The translations under genes and the position numbers were made by a program. The notes under the pieces were generated by a model. That model was not told the origin of the DNA and made no database searches. It worked only from the letters and a program-made list of their open reading frames with translations. A stretch of DNA of 64,000 nt from positions 122,266,001-122,330,000 of the forward strand of contig NC_045696.1 in NCBI RefSeq assembly GCF_009834535.1, read 5' to 3'. Source of the DNA: Camelus ferus (taxonomy: Eukaryota). Positions 27,301-40,250 of the stretch are shown here, piece after piece (the stretch's first letter is position 1; every line of letters begins with the position of its first letter).

Positions 27301-30300
27301 CTTTGTATTCCCAACAAGCTAGGTGAAGGACGGCTTTCACACACACCTATCTCTCTGAAATGAGCATGTGTAGAGACGTTCGTTCATCTAGCACAAAGGG
27401 AACGGGTTGCAGGGGAATCTTTTACTCTGGTTTCTCAGTCTGTTTCCTAGTGCCGGTTTGATGTTCCTGCAGTATTCACTGTAAAACCGAGTTGGAGGTA
27501 GTACCACCCCATATATATGTATGTAGAGGAATTTGCAAGTGAAAAGTAACTTTGCTTTCCCAAAAAGCTAGGTGAAGGACGGCTTTCACACACATTTATC
27601 TATCAGAACTGAGCATGTGACGAGACGTTGGTTCATCTAGCACAAAGGGAACGGGTTGCATGAGAAACTTTTTCTCTGGTTTCTCAGTCTGTTTCCTAGT
27701 GCCGGTTTGAAGTTCCTGCAGTTTTCACTGTAAAGCCGAGTTGGAGCTCGTAACTACCCATAATTATGTATGGAGTGGAGTTTCAACTGAATAGAAACTT
27801 TGGGTTCCCAAAAAGCTAGGTGAAGGACGGCTTTCACACACATCTATCTCTCTGAACTGAGCATGTGGAGAGACGTTCGTTCATCTAGCACAAAGGAAAG
27901 GGTTGCAGGAGAAACTTTTTCTCTGGTTTCTCAGTCTGTTTCCTAGTGCCGGTTTGAAGTTCCTGCAGTTTTCACTGTAAAGCCGAGTTGGAGCTCGTAA
28001 CTACCCATAATTATGTATGGAGTGGAGTTTCAACTGAATAGAAACTTTGGGTTCCCAAAAAGCTAGGTGAAGGACGGCTTTCACACACATCTATCTCTCT
28101 GAACTGAGCATGTGGAGAGACGTTCGTTCACCTAGCACAAAGGAAAGGGTTGCAGGAGAAACTTTTACTCTGGTTTCTCAATCTGTTTCCTAGTGTCGGT
28201 ATGAAGTTCCTGCAGTTTTCACTGTAAAACAGATTTGGAGCTCGTACCAACCCATATATATGTATGGAGTGGAGTTTGCAACTGAAAAGAATCTTTGTGT
28301 TCCCAACAAGCTTCGTGAAGGATGGCTATCACACACACATATCTCTCAGAAGTGAGCATGTGGAGAGACGTTCGTTCATCTAGCACAAAAGGAATGGGTT
28401 GCAGGAGAAAATTTTACTCTTGTTTCTCAGTCTGTGTCCTTGTGCCGGTTTGAAGTTCCTGCAGTTTTCACTGTAAAACCGAGTTGGAGCTCGTACCTCC
28501 CTATTTATGTAAGGAGTGGATTTCCCAAGTTAAAAGAAACTTTGTGTTCCCAACAAGCTAGGAGGAAGACGGTATTCACACACACTTTTCTCTCAGAAGT
28601 GAGCATGTGGAGAGACGTTCCTTTATCTAGCACAAAGGGAACGGGTTGCAGGTGAAAATTTTACTCTGGTTTCTCAGACTGTTTCCTAATGCCGGTTTTA
28701 AATTCCTGCAGTATTCACTTTAAAACCGAATTGGAGATCATACCTCCTCATATATATGTATGGAGTGGAGTTTGCAAGTGAAAAGAAACTTTGTGTCCCC
28801 AACAAGCTAGGTGAAGGAAGGCTTTCACACACATTTTTCTCTCAGAAATGAGCATGTGGAGAGACGTTCGTTCATCAAACACAAATATAACGGGTTGCAG
28901 GAGAATCTTTTTCTCTGGTTTCTCAGTCTGTTTCCTAGTGCCGGTTTGAAGTTCCTGCAGTTATCATTGTAAAACCGAGTTGGAGCTCGTACCTCCCCAT
29001 ATATATGTATGGAGTGGAGTTGCAAGTGAAAAGAAACTTTGTGTTCCCAACAATCAAGTTGAAGGACGGCTTTCACACACACTTATCTCACAGAACTGAG
29101 CATGTGGAGAGACGTTCGTTCATCTAGCACAAAGGGAAAGGGTTGCAGGAGAAACTATTACTCTGGTTTCTCAGTCTGTTTCCTAGTGCCGGTTGAAGTT
29201 CCTGCAGTTTTCACTGTAAAACCAAGTTGGATCTCGTACATCCCCATATATATGTATGGAGTGGAATTTGCAACTGAAAAGAAACTTTGTGTTCCCAACA
29301 AACTAGTTGAATGACGGTTCTCACACACACTTATCTCTCAGAACTGAGCATGTGGAGAGACGTTCGTTTAGCTAGCACAAAGGGAACGTGTTGCAGAAGA
29401 AATTATACTGTAGATTTTCACTCTTTTTCCCAGTGCCTGTTTGAAGTTCCTGCAGTTCTCACTGGAAAACCGAGTTGGAGCTCGTACCTCCCCATATATA
29501 TGTATGAAGTGGTGTTTGCAAGTGAATAGGAACTTTGTGTTCGCAACAAGCTAGGTGAAGTAAGGCTTTCACACACACCTATCTCTCAGAACTGAGCATG
29601 TGGAGAGACGTTCGTTCATCTAGCACAAATGGAACGGGTTGCAGGAGAATCTTTTTCTCTGTTTTCTCAGTCTGTTTCCTAGTGCCGGTTTGAAGTTCCT
29701 GCAGTTTTCACTGTAAAACCGTGTTGGAGATCGTACCTCCCATTATATATGTATGGAGTGGAGTTTGCAAGTGAAAAGAAACTTTGTGTTCACAAGAAGC
29801 TAGGTGAAGGACGGCTTTCACTCACACTTATCTCTCAGAACTGAGCATGTGGAGAGACGTTCGTTCATCTAGCACAAAGGGAAAGGGTTGCAGGAAAAAC
29901 TTTTTACTCTGCTTTCTCAGTCTGTTTCCTTGTGCCGCTTTGAAGTTACTGCAATTTTCACTGTAAAATCGAATTGGAGCTCATACCTCCCCATATAAAT
30001 GTATGGACTAGAGTTTGCAAATGAAAAGAAACTTTGTGTTCCCAACAAGCTAGGTGAAGGACGGCTTTCACACACACATATCTCACAGAACTGAGCATGT
30101 GGAGAGACTTTCGTTCATCTAGCACAAAGGGAACGGGTTGCAGGAGAAATTTTACTCTGGTTTCTCAATCTGTTTCTTAGTGCCGCATTGAAGTTACTGC
30201 AGTTTTCACTGTAAAACCGAGTTGGAGCTCGTACCTCCCCATATATATGTATGGAGTGGAGTTTGTAACTGAAAAGAAACTTTGTGTTCCCAACAAGCTA

Positions 30301-33300
30301 GGTGAAGGACGGCATTCACACACACTTATCTCTGAGAACTGAGCATGTGGAGAGACGTTCGTTCATTTAGCACAAAAGGAAACGGTTGCAGGAGAAACTT
30401 TTACTCTGGTTTCTCAGTCTGTTTCCTAGTGCCGGTTTGGAGTTCCTGCAGTTTTCACTGTAAAAGCGAGTTGGAGCTCGTACCTCCCATATTATGTAGG
30501 AGTGGAGTTTTCCAAGTGAAAAGAAACTTTGGGTTCCCAACAAGCAAGGTGAATGAAGGCTTTCACACACACTTTCTCTCAGAACTGAGCCATGTGGAGA
30601 GACTTTCGTTCATCTAGCAAAAAGGGAACGGGTTGCAGGAGAAACTTTTAATCTGGAATTCTCAGTCTGTTTCCTAGTGCCGGTTTGAAGTTCCTGCAGT
30701 TTTCACTGTAAAACAGAGTTGGAGCTCGTACCTCCCCATATATAATTATGGAGTGGAAATTGCAAGTGAAAAGAAACTTTGTGTTCCCAACAAGATAGGA
30801 TCGAAGGAAGGCTTTCACACACACTTATCTCTCAGAACTGAGCATGTGGAGAGACGTTCGTTCATCTAGCACAAAGGGAACGGGTTGCAGGATAACTTTT
30901 ACTCTGGTATCTCAGTTTGTTTCTTAGTGCCTGTTTGAAGATTCCTTCAGTTTTCACTGTAAAACGATTTGGAGCTCGTACCTCCCATTATATATGTATG
31001 GAGTGGAGTTTGCAAGTGAAAAGAAACTTTGTGTTCCCACAAGCTAGGTGAAGGACGGCTTTCACACACACTTATCTCTCAGAACTGAGCATGTGGAGAG
31101 ACGTACGTTCATCTAGCACAAAGGGAACGGGATGCAGGAGAAACATTTACTCTGGTATCTAAGTCTGTTTCCTAGTGCCGGTTTGAAGTTCCTGCAGTTT
31201 TCACTGTAAAACCGAGTTTGAGCTAGTACAACCCCATATATATGTATGTAGTGTAGTTTGCAAGTGAAAAGAAACTTTGCTGTTCCCAACAAGCTTAGGT
31301 GAAGGACGGCTTTCACACACACTTTTCTCTCAGAACTGAGCATGTGGAGAGACGATGGTTCATGTAGCACAAAGGGAACGGGTTGCAGGAGAAACTTTTA
31401 CTCAGGTTTCTCAGTCTTTTTCCTAGTGCCGGTATGAAGTTACTGCAGTTTTCACTGTAAAACCGAGTTGGAGCTCGTACCTCCCCAAATATATGTATGG
31501 AGTGGAATATGCAAGTGAAAGAAACTTTGTGTTCCCAACAAGCTAGGTGAAGGACGGCTTTCACACACACATTTCTCTCAGAAATTACCATGTGGAGAGA
31601 CGTTCGTTCATCTTGCAAAAAGGGAACGGGTTGCAGGAGAAACTTTTACTCTGGTTTCTCAGTCAGTTTCCTAGTGCCGGTTGAAGTTCCTGCAGTTTTC
31701 ACTGTAAAACCAAGTTGGAGCTCGTACCTCCCCATATATATGTATGGAGTGGAATTTGCAACTGAAAAGAAACTTGTGTTCCCAACAATCTAGGTGAAGG
31801 ACTGTTCTCACACACACTTATCTCTCAGAACTGAGCATGTGGAGAGACGTTCGTTTATCTAGCACAAAGGGAACTTGTTGAAGAAGAAGTTATACTGTAG
31901 ATTCTCAGTCTGTTTTCCTAGTTCCGGTTTGAAGTTCCTGCCAATTTTCACTGTAAAACCGAGTTGGAGCTGGTACCTCCCCATATATATGTATGGAGTG
32001 GAGTTTGCTAATGAAAAGCAACTTTTTGTTCAAACAAGCTAGGTGAAGGAAGGCTTTCACACACACCTATTTCTCAGAACTGAGCATATGGAGAGACGTT
32101 CGTTCATCTAGCACAAATGGAACGGGTTGCAGGAGAATTTTTTACTCTGGTTTGCCAGTCTTTTTCCTAGTGCCGGTTACAAGTTCCTGCAGTTTTCACT
32201 GTAATACCGTGTTTTAGCTCTTACCTACCCATATATATGTATGGAGTGGAGTTTGCAACTGAAAAGAAACTTTGTGTTCCCAACAAGCTACGTGAAGGAC
32301 GGCTTTCACACACACTTATCCCTCAGAACTGAGCATGTGGAGAGACGTTCGTTCATCTAGCACAAAGGGAACGGATTGAAGGAGAAACTTTACTCTGGTA
32401 TCTCAGTCTGTTTCTTAGTGCCGGTTTGAAGTTCCTTCAGTTTTCACTGTAAAACCGAATTGGAGCTCGTGCCTACCCTTCTATATGTATGGAGTGGAGT
32501 TTGCACCTGAAAAGAAACTTTGATTTCCCAACAAGCTATGTGTAGAACGGCTTTCACACACACTTATCTCTAAGAACTGAGCATGTGGAGAGACGTTCGT
32601 TCATCTAGCACAAAGGGAACGGGTTGCAGGAGAAACTTTTACTCTGGCATCTCAGTCTGTTTCCTAGTGCCGCTTTGAAGTTACTGCAGTTTTCACTGTA
32701 AAACCGAGTTGGAGCTCGTACCTCCCCATATAAATGTATGGAGTGGAGTTTGCAAGTGAAAAGAAACTTTGTGTTCCCAACAAGTTAGGTGAAGGGCGGC
32801 TTTCACACACACTTATATCTCAGAACTGAGCATGTGGAGAGACGTTCGTTCATCTAGCACAAAGAGAACGGTGTAGCAGAAAAATTATACTCTAGATTCT
32901 CAGTCTGTTTCCTAGTGCCGGTTTGAAGTTCCTGCAGTTTTCACTGTAAAACTGATTTGGAGCTCGTACCTCCCCTTATATATGTATGGAGTGGAGTTTG
33001 CAACTGAAAAGAAACTTTGTGTTCCCAACAAGCTAGGTGAAGGACGTCTTTCACACACACTTATATCTCAGAACTGAGCATGTGGAGAGACGTTCGTTCA
33101 TCTAGCACAAAGAGAACGTGAAGGCAGAAGAATTATACCCTAGATTCTCAGTCTGTTTCCTAGTGCCGGTTTGAAGTTCCTGCAGTTTTCACTGTAAAAC
33201 CGAGTTGGAGCTCGTACCTCCCCATATGTATGTATGGAGTGGAATTTGCAACTGAAAAGAAACTTTGTGTTCCCAACAATCTAGGTGAAGGACGGTTCTC

Positions 33301-36300
33301 ACACACACTTATCTCTCAGAACTGAGCATGTGGAGAGACGTTCGTTTATCTAGCACAAAGGGAATGTTTTGCAGAAGAAATTATACTGTAGATTCTCACT
33401 CTGTTTCCTAGTGCCGGTATAAAGTTCCTGCAAATTTCACTGTAAAACCGAGTTGGATCTCGTACCTTCCCATATATATGTATGGAGTGGAGTTTGCAAA
33501 TGAAATGCAACTTTTTGTTCAAACAAGCTAGGTGAAGGAAGGCTTTCACACACACCTATCTCTCAGAACTGAGCATATGGAGAGACGTTCGTTCATCTAG
33601 CACAATGGGAACGGGTTGCAGGAGAATCTTTTTCTCTGTTGTCTCAGTCTGTTTCCTAGTGCCGGGTTGAAGTTCCTGCAGTTTCCACTGTAAAACCGAT
33701 GTTGGTGCTCGTACCTCCCATAATATTTATGGAGTGGAGTTTGCAAATGAATAGATACTTTGGGTTCCCAACAGCAAGGTGAAGGAAGGCTTCACACACA
33801 CTTTCTCTCAGAACTGACCATGTGGAAAGACGTTCGTTCATCTTGCAAAAAGGGAACGGGTTGCAGGAGAAATTTTACTCTGGAATCTCAGTCTGTTTCC
33901 TAGTGCCGGTTTGAAGTTCCTGCAGTTTTCACTGTAAAACAGAGTTGGAGCTCGTACCTCCCCATATATATTTATGGAGTGGAGATTGCAAGTGAAAAGA
34001 ATCTTTGTGTTCCCAACAAGTTAGATCAAGGACGGCTTTCACACACACTTATCTCTCAGAAATGAGCATGTGGAGAGATTGTTCGTTCATCTAGAACAAA
34101 TGGATCGGGTTGCAGGAGAAACTTTTACTCTGTTTTCTCAGTCTTTTTCCTAGTGCCGGTTAGAATTTCCTGCAGTTTTCACTGTAATACCGTGTTGGAG
34201 CTCTTACCTCCCCATATATATGTAAGGAGTGGAGTTTGAAACTGAAAAGAAACTTTGATTTCCCAACAAAGCTATGTGTAGTACGGCTTTCACACACACT
34301 TATCTCTAAGAACTGAGCATGTGGAGAGACGTTCGTTCATCTAGTACAAAGGGAACGGGTTGCAGGGAAACTTTTACTCTGGTATCTCAATCTGTTTCCT
34401 ACTGCCGGTTTGAAGTTACTGCAGTTTTCACTGTAAAACCGAGTTGGAGCTCGTACCTCCCCATATATATGTATGGAGTGGAATTTGCCAGTGAAAAGAA
34501 ACTTTGTGTTCCCAACAAGCTAGGTGAAGGACGGCTTTTACACACACTTATCTCACAGAACTGAGCCATGTGGAGAGACGTTCGTTCATCTAGCACAAGG
34601 GAACGGTTGCAGAAAAAATTATACTCTAGATTCTCAGTCTGTTTCCTAGTGCCTGTTTGAAGTTCCTGCAGTTTTCACTGTAAAACTGAGTTGGAGCTCG
34701 TACCTCCCCATATATATGTATGGAGTGGAGTTTGCAAGTGAAAAGAAACTTTGTATTCCCAACAAGCTAGTGAAGGACGGCTTTCACACACACCTATCTC
34801 TCTGAAATGAGCATGTGTAGAGACGTTCGTTCATCTAGCACAAAGGGAACGGGTTGCAGGGGAATCTTTTACTCTGGTTTCTCAGTCTGTTTCCTAGTGC
34901 CGGTTTGATGTTCCTGCAGTATTCACTGTAAAACCGAGTTGGAGGTAGTACCACCCCATATATATGTATGTAGAGGAATTTGCAAGTGAAAAGTAACTTT
35001 GCTTTCCCAAAAAGCTAGGTGAAGGACGGCTTTCACACACATTATCTATCAGAACTGAGCATGTGACGAGACGTTGGTTCATCTAGCACAAGGGAACGGG
35101 TTGCATGAGAAACTTTTTCTCTGGTTTCTCAGTCTGTTTCCTAGTGCCGGTTTGAAGTTCCTGCAGTTTTCACTGTAAAGCCGAGTTGGAGCTCGTAACT
35201 ACCCATAATATGTATGAGTGGAGTTTCAACTGAATAGAAACTTTGGGTTCCCAACAAGCTAGGTGAAGGACGGCTTTCACACACATCTATCTCTCTGAAC
35301 TGAGCATGTGGAGAGACGTTCGTTCATCTAAGCACAAAGGAAAGGGTTGCAGGAGAAACTTTTTCTCTGGTTTCTCAGTCTGTTTCCTAGTGCCGTTTGA
35401 AGTTCCTGCAGTTTTCACTGTAAAGCCGAGTTGGAGCTCGTAACTACCCATAATTATGTATGGAGTGGAGTTTCACTGAATAGAAACTTTGGGTTCCCAA
35501 AAAGCTAGGTGAAGGACGGCTTTCACACACATCTATCTCTCTGAACTGAGCATGTGGAGAGACGTTCGTTCATCTAGCACAAAGGAAAGGGTTGCAGGGA
35601 AACTTTACTCTGGTTTCTCAATCTGTTTCCTAGTGTCGGTATGAAGTTCCTGCAGTTTTCACTGTAAAACAGATTTGGATGCTCGTACCAACCCATATAT
35701 ATGTATGGAGTGGAGTTTGCAACTGAAAGAATCTTTGTGTTCCCAACAAGCTTCGTGAAGGATGGCTATCACACACACATATCTCTCAGAAGTGAGCATG
35801 TGGAGAGACGTTCGTTCATCTAGCACAAAAGGAATGGGTTGCAGGAGAAAATTTTTACTCTTGTTTCTCAGTCTGTGTCCTTGTGCCGGTTTGAAGTTCC
35901 TGCAGTTTTCACTGTAAAACCGAGTTGGAGCTCGTACCTCCCTATTTATGTAAGGAGTGGATTTCCCAAGTTAAAAGAAACTTTGTGTTCCCAACAAGCT
36001 AGGAGGAAGACGGTATTCCACACACACTTTTCTCTCAGAAGTGAGCATGTGGAGAGACGTTCCTTTATCTAGCACAAAGGGAACGGGTTGCAGGTGAAAA
36101 TTTTACTCTGGTTTCTCAGACTGTTTCCTAATGCCGGTTTTAAATTCCTGCAGTATTCACTTTAAAACCGAATTGGAGATCATACCTCCTCATATATATG
36201 TATGGAGTGGAGTTTGCAAGTGAAAAGAAACTTTGTGTCCCAACAAGCTAGGTGAAGGAAGGCTTTCACACACATTTTTCTCTCAGAAATGAGCATGTGG

Positions 36301-37700
36301 AGAGACGTTCGTTCATCAAACACAAATATAACGGGTTGCAGGAGAATCTTTTTCTCTGGTTTCTCAGTCTGTTTCCTAGTGCCGGTTTGAAGTTCCTGCA
36401 GTTATCATTGTAAAACCGAGTTGGAGCTCGTACCTCCCCATATATATGTATGGAGTGGAGTTGCAAGTGAAAAGAAACTTGTGTTCCCAACAATCAAGTT
36501 GAAGGACGGCTTTCACACACACTTATCTCACAGAACTGAGCATGTGGAGAGACGTTCGTTCATCTAGCACAAAGGGAAAGGGTGCAGGAGAAACTATTAC
36601 TCTGGTTTCTCAGTCTGTTTCCTAGTGCCGGTTGAAGTTCCTGCAGTTTTCACTGTAAAACCAAGTTGGATCTCGTACATCCCCATATATATGTATGGAG
36701 TGGAATTTGCAACTGAAAAGAACTTTGTGTTCCCAACAAACTAGTTGAATGACGGTTCTCACACACACTTATCTCTCAGAACTGAGCATGTGGAGAGACG
36801 TTCGTTTAGCTAGCACAAAGGGAACGTGTTGCATGAAGAAATTATACTGTAGATTTTCACTCTTTTTCCCAGTGCCTGTTTGAAGTTCCTGCAGTTCTCA
36901 CTGGAAAACCGAGTTGGAGCTCGTACCTCCCCATATATATGTATGAAGTGGTGTTTGCAAGTGAATAGGAACTTTGTGTTCGCAACAAGCTAGGTGAAGT
37001 AAGGCTTTCACACACACCTATCTCTCAGAACTGAGCATGTGGAGAGACGTTCGTTCATCTAGCACAAATGGAACGGGTTGCAGGAGAATCTTTTCTCTGT
37101 TTTCTCAGTCTGTTTCCTAGTGCCGGTTTGAAGTTCCTGCAGTTTTCACTGTAAAACCGTGTTGGAGATCGTACCTCCCATTATATATGTATGGAGTGGA
37201 GTTTGCAAGTGAAAAGAAACTTTGTGTTCACAAGAAGCTAGGTGAAGGACGGCTTTCACTCACACTTATCTCTCAGAACTGAGCATGTGGAGAGACGTTC
37301 GTTCATCTAGCACAAAGGGAAAGGGTTGCAGGAAAAACTTTTACTCTGCTTTCTCAGTCTGTTTCCTTGTGCCGCTTTGAAGTTACTGCAATTTTCACTG
37401 TAAAATCGAATTGGAGCTCATACCTCCCCATATAATGTATGGACTAGAGTTTGCAATGAAAAGAAACTTTGTGTTCCCAACAAGCTAGGTGAAGGACGGC
37501 TTTCACACACACATATCTCACAGAACTGAGCATGTGGAGAGACTTTCGTTCATCTAGCACAAAGAGAACGGGTTGCAGGAGAAATTTTTACTCTGGTTTC
37601 TCAATCTGTTTCTGGTGCCGCATTGAAGTTACTGCAGTTTTCACTGTAAAACCGAGTTGGAGCTCGTACCTCCCCATATATATGTATGGAGTGGAGTTTG
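22830..37700 (+). repeat. Tandem duplication of a 30-monomer (~7.45-kb) unit
   Basis: ORF pairs 24139/31590 and 25895/33346 (offset 7451) and 26870/34319 (7449); TGCCGCATTG at 30181/37616 (7435). The order of private variants is the same throughout. Confidence 0.92.
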
Positions 37701-40250
37701 CAAGTGAAAAGAAACTTTGTGTTCCCAACAAGCTAGGTGAAGGACGGCTTTCACACACACCTATCTCTCTGAACTGAGCATGTGGAGAGACGTTCGTTCA
37801 TCTAGCACAAAGGGAACGGGTTGCAGGAGAATCTTTTACTCTGGTATCTCAGTCTGTTTCCAAGTGCCGGTTTGAAGTTCCTGCAGTTTTTACTGTAAAA
37901 CCGAGTTGGAGCTCGTACCTCTCCATATATATGTATGGAGTGGAATTTGCAACTGAAAAGAAACTTTGTGTTCCCAACAAGCTAGATAAAGGACGGCTTT
38001 CACACCCACATATCTCTCAGAACTTAGCATGTGGAGAGACGTTCGTTCATCTAGCACAAAGGGAACGGGTTGCAGGAGAAATCTTTATTCTGGCTATCTC
38101 AGTCTGTTTCTTAGTGCCGGTTTGAAGTTCCTGCAGTTTTCACTGTAAAACCGAGTTGGAGCTCGTACCTCCCCATATATATGTATGGAGTAGAATTTGC
38201 CACTGAAAAGAACTTTGTGTTCCCACAAGCTAGTTGAAGGACGGCTTTCACACAACTTATCTCTCAGAACCTGAGCATGTGGAGAGACGTTCGTTCATCT
38301 AGCACAAAGGGAACGGTGTTGCAGAGAAACTTTTACTCTGGTTTCTCAGTCTGTTTCCTAGTTCCGGTTTGAAGTTCCTGCAGTTTTCACTGTAAAACCG
38401 TGTTGGAGCTCGTACCTCCCCATATATATGTATGGAGTGGAGTTTGCAACTGAAAAGAAACTTTGTGTTCCCAACAAGCTATGTGAAGGACGGCTTTCAC
38501 AACACTTATCTCTCAGAACTGAGCATGTGGGAGAGACGTTCGTTCATCTAGAACATAGGGAACGGGTTCTGGAGAAACTTTACTCTGGTTCTCAGTCTGT
38601 TCCTAGTGCCGGTTTGAAGTTCCTGCAGTTTTCACTGTAAAACCGAATTGGAGCTCGTACCTCCCCATATATATGTATGGAGTGGAGTTTGCAAGTGAAA
38701 GAAACTTTGTGTTCCCAACAAGCTAGGTGAAGGACGGCTCTTTCACACACACTATCTCTCCAGAACTGAGCATGTGGAGAGACGTTCGTTCATCTAGCAC
38801 AAAGGGAATGGGTTGCAGAGAAAATTTTACTCTGGTATTCTCAGTCTGTTTCCTAGTGCCGGTTTGAAGTTCCTGCAGTTTTCACTGTAAAAACCGAGTT
38901 GGAGCTCGTACCTCCCCATATATATGTATGGAGTGGAGTTTGCAAGTGAAAGAAACTTTGTGTTCCCAACAAGCTAGGTGAAGGACGGCTTTCACACACA
39001 CTTATCTCTCAGAACTGAGCATGTGGGAGACGTTCGTTCATCTAGCACAAAGGGAACTGGTTGCAGGAGAAACTTTTACTCTGGTTTCTCAGTCTGTTTC
39101 CTAGTGCCGGTTTGAAGTTCCTGCAGTTTCACTGTAAATCGAGTTGGAGCTCGTACCTCCCCATATATATGTATGGAGTGGAGTTTGCAACTGAAAGAAA
39201 CTTTGTGTTCCCAACAAGCTAGGTGAAGGACGGCTTTCACACACACTATCTCTCAGAACTGAGCATGTGGAGAGACGTTTCGTTCATCTAGCACAAAAGG
39301 GAACGGGTTGCAGGAGAACTTTTACTCTGGAATTCTCAGTCTGTTTCCTAGTGCCGGTTTGAAGTTCCTGCAGTTTCTCACTGTAAAACGAGTTGGAGCT
39401 AGTACCTCCCCATATATATTTATGGAGTGGGAATTGCAAGTGAAAAGAAACTTTGTGTTCCCAACAAGATGATCAAGTGACGGCTTTTCACACACACTTA
39501 TCTCTCAGAACTGAGCATGTGGAGAGATGTTACGTTCATCTAGAACAAATGGGATCGGTTGCAGGAAAAACGTTTACTCTGTTTCTCAGTCTTTTCCTAG
39601 TGCCGGTAGAAGTTTCCTGCAGTTTCACTGTAATACCGTGTTGGAGCTCTTACCTCCCCATATATATGTATGGAGTGGAGTTGTGCAACTGAAAAGAACT
39701 TTGTTTCCCAACAAGCTACGTGAAGGCGGCTTTCACACACACTTATCTCTCAGAACTGAGCATGTGGAGAGACGTTCGTTCATCTAGCACCAAAGGGAAC
39801 GGGTTGCAGGAGAACTTTTACTCTGGTTTCTCAGTCTGTTTCCTAGTGCCGCGTTGAAAGTTCCTGCAGTTTTCACTGTAAAACAGAGTTGGAGCCCGTA
39901 CCTCCCCATATATATGTATGGAGTGGATTTGCAACTGAAAAGAAACTTTGTGTCCCAACAAGCTAGTGAAGGACGGCTTTCACACACACTTATCTCTCAG
40001 AAACTGTGCCATGTGGAGAGACGTTTCGGCTTCATCTAGACACAACGGGACCGGTGTTGCAGAAGGAAAATTTTACTCTGGTATATTTTCACTTCTGTTT
40101 TCCCTAGTTGCTGTTTGAAGTTTCTGCAGTTTCTCACTGTAAAAACCGAGTTGGAGCTTCGCTACCTCCCCATAATTATGTATGAAGTGTGAGATTGCCA
40201 ACGTGAGTGAATATGAAGCTTTGTGTTTCCCAACATAGCTAGGTGAAGTA

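Noticed and set aside
40000..40250. Foreign insertion or transposon fragment
   Set aside because: All monomer landmarks are still present in order; the oddity is dense small indels, not new sequence.
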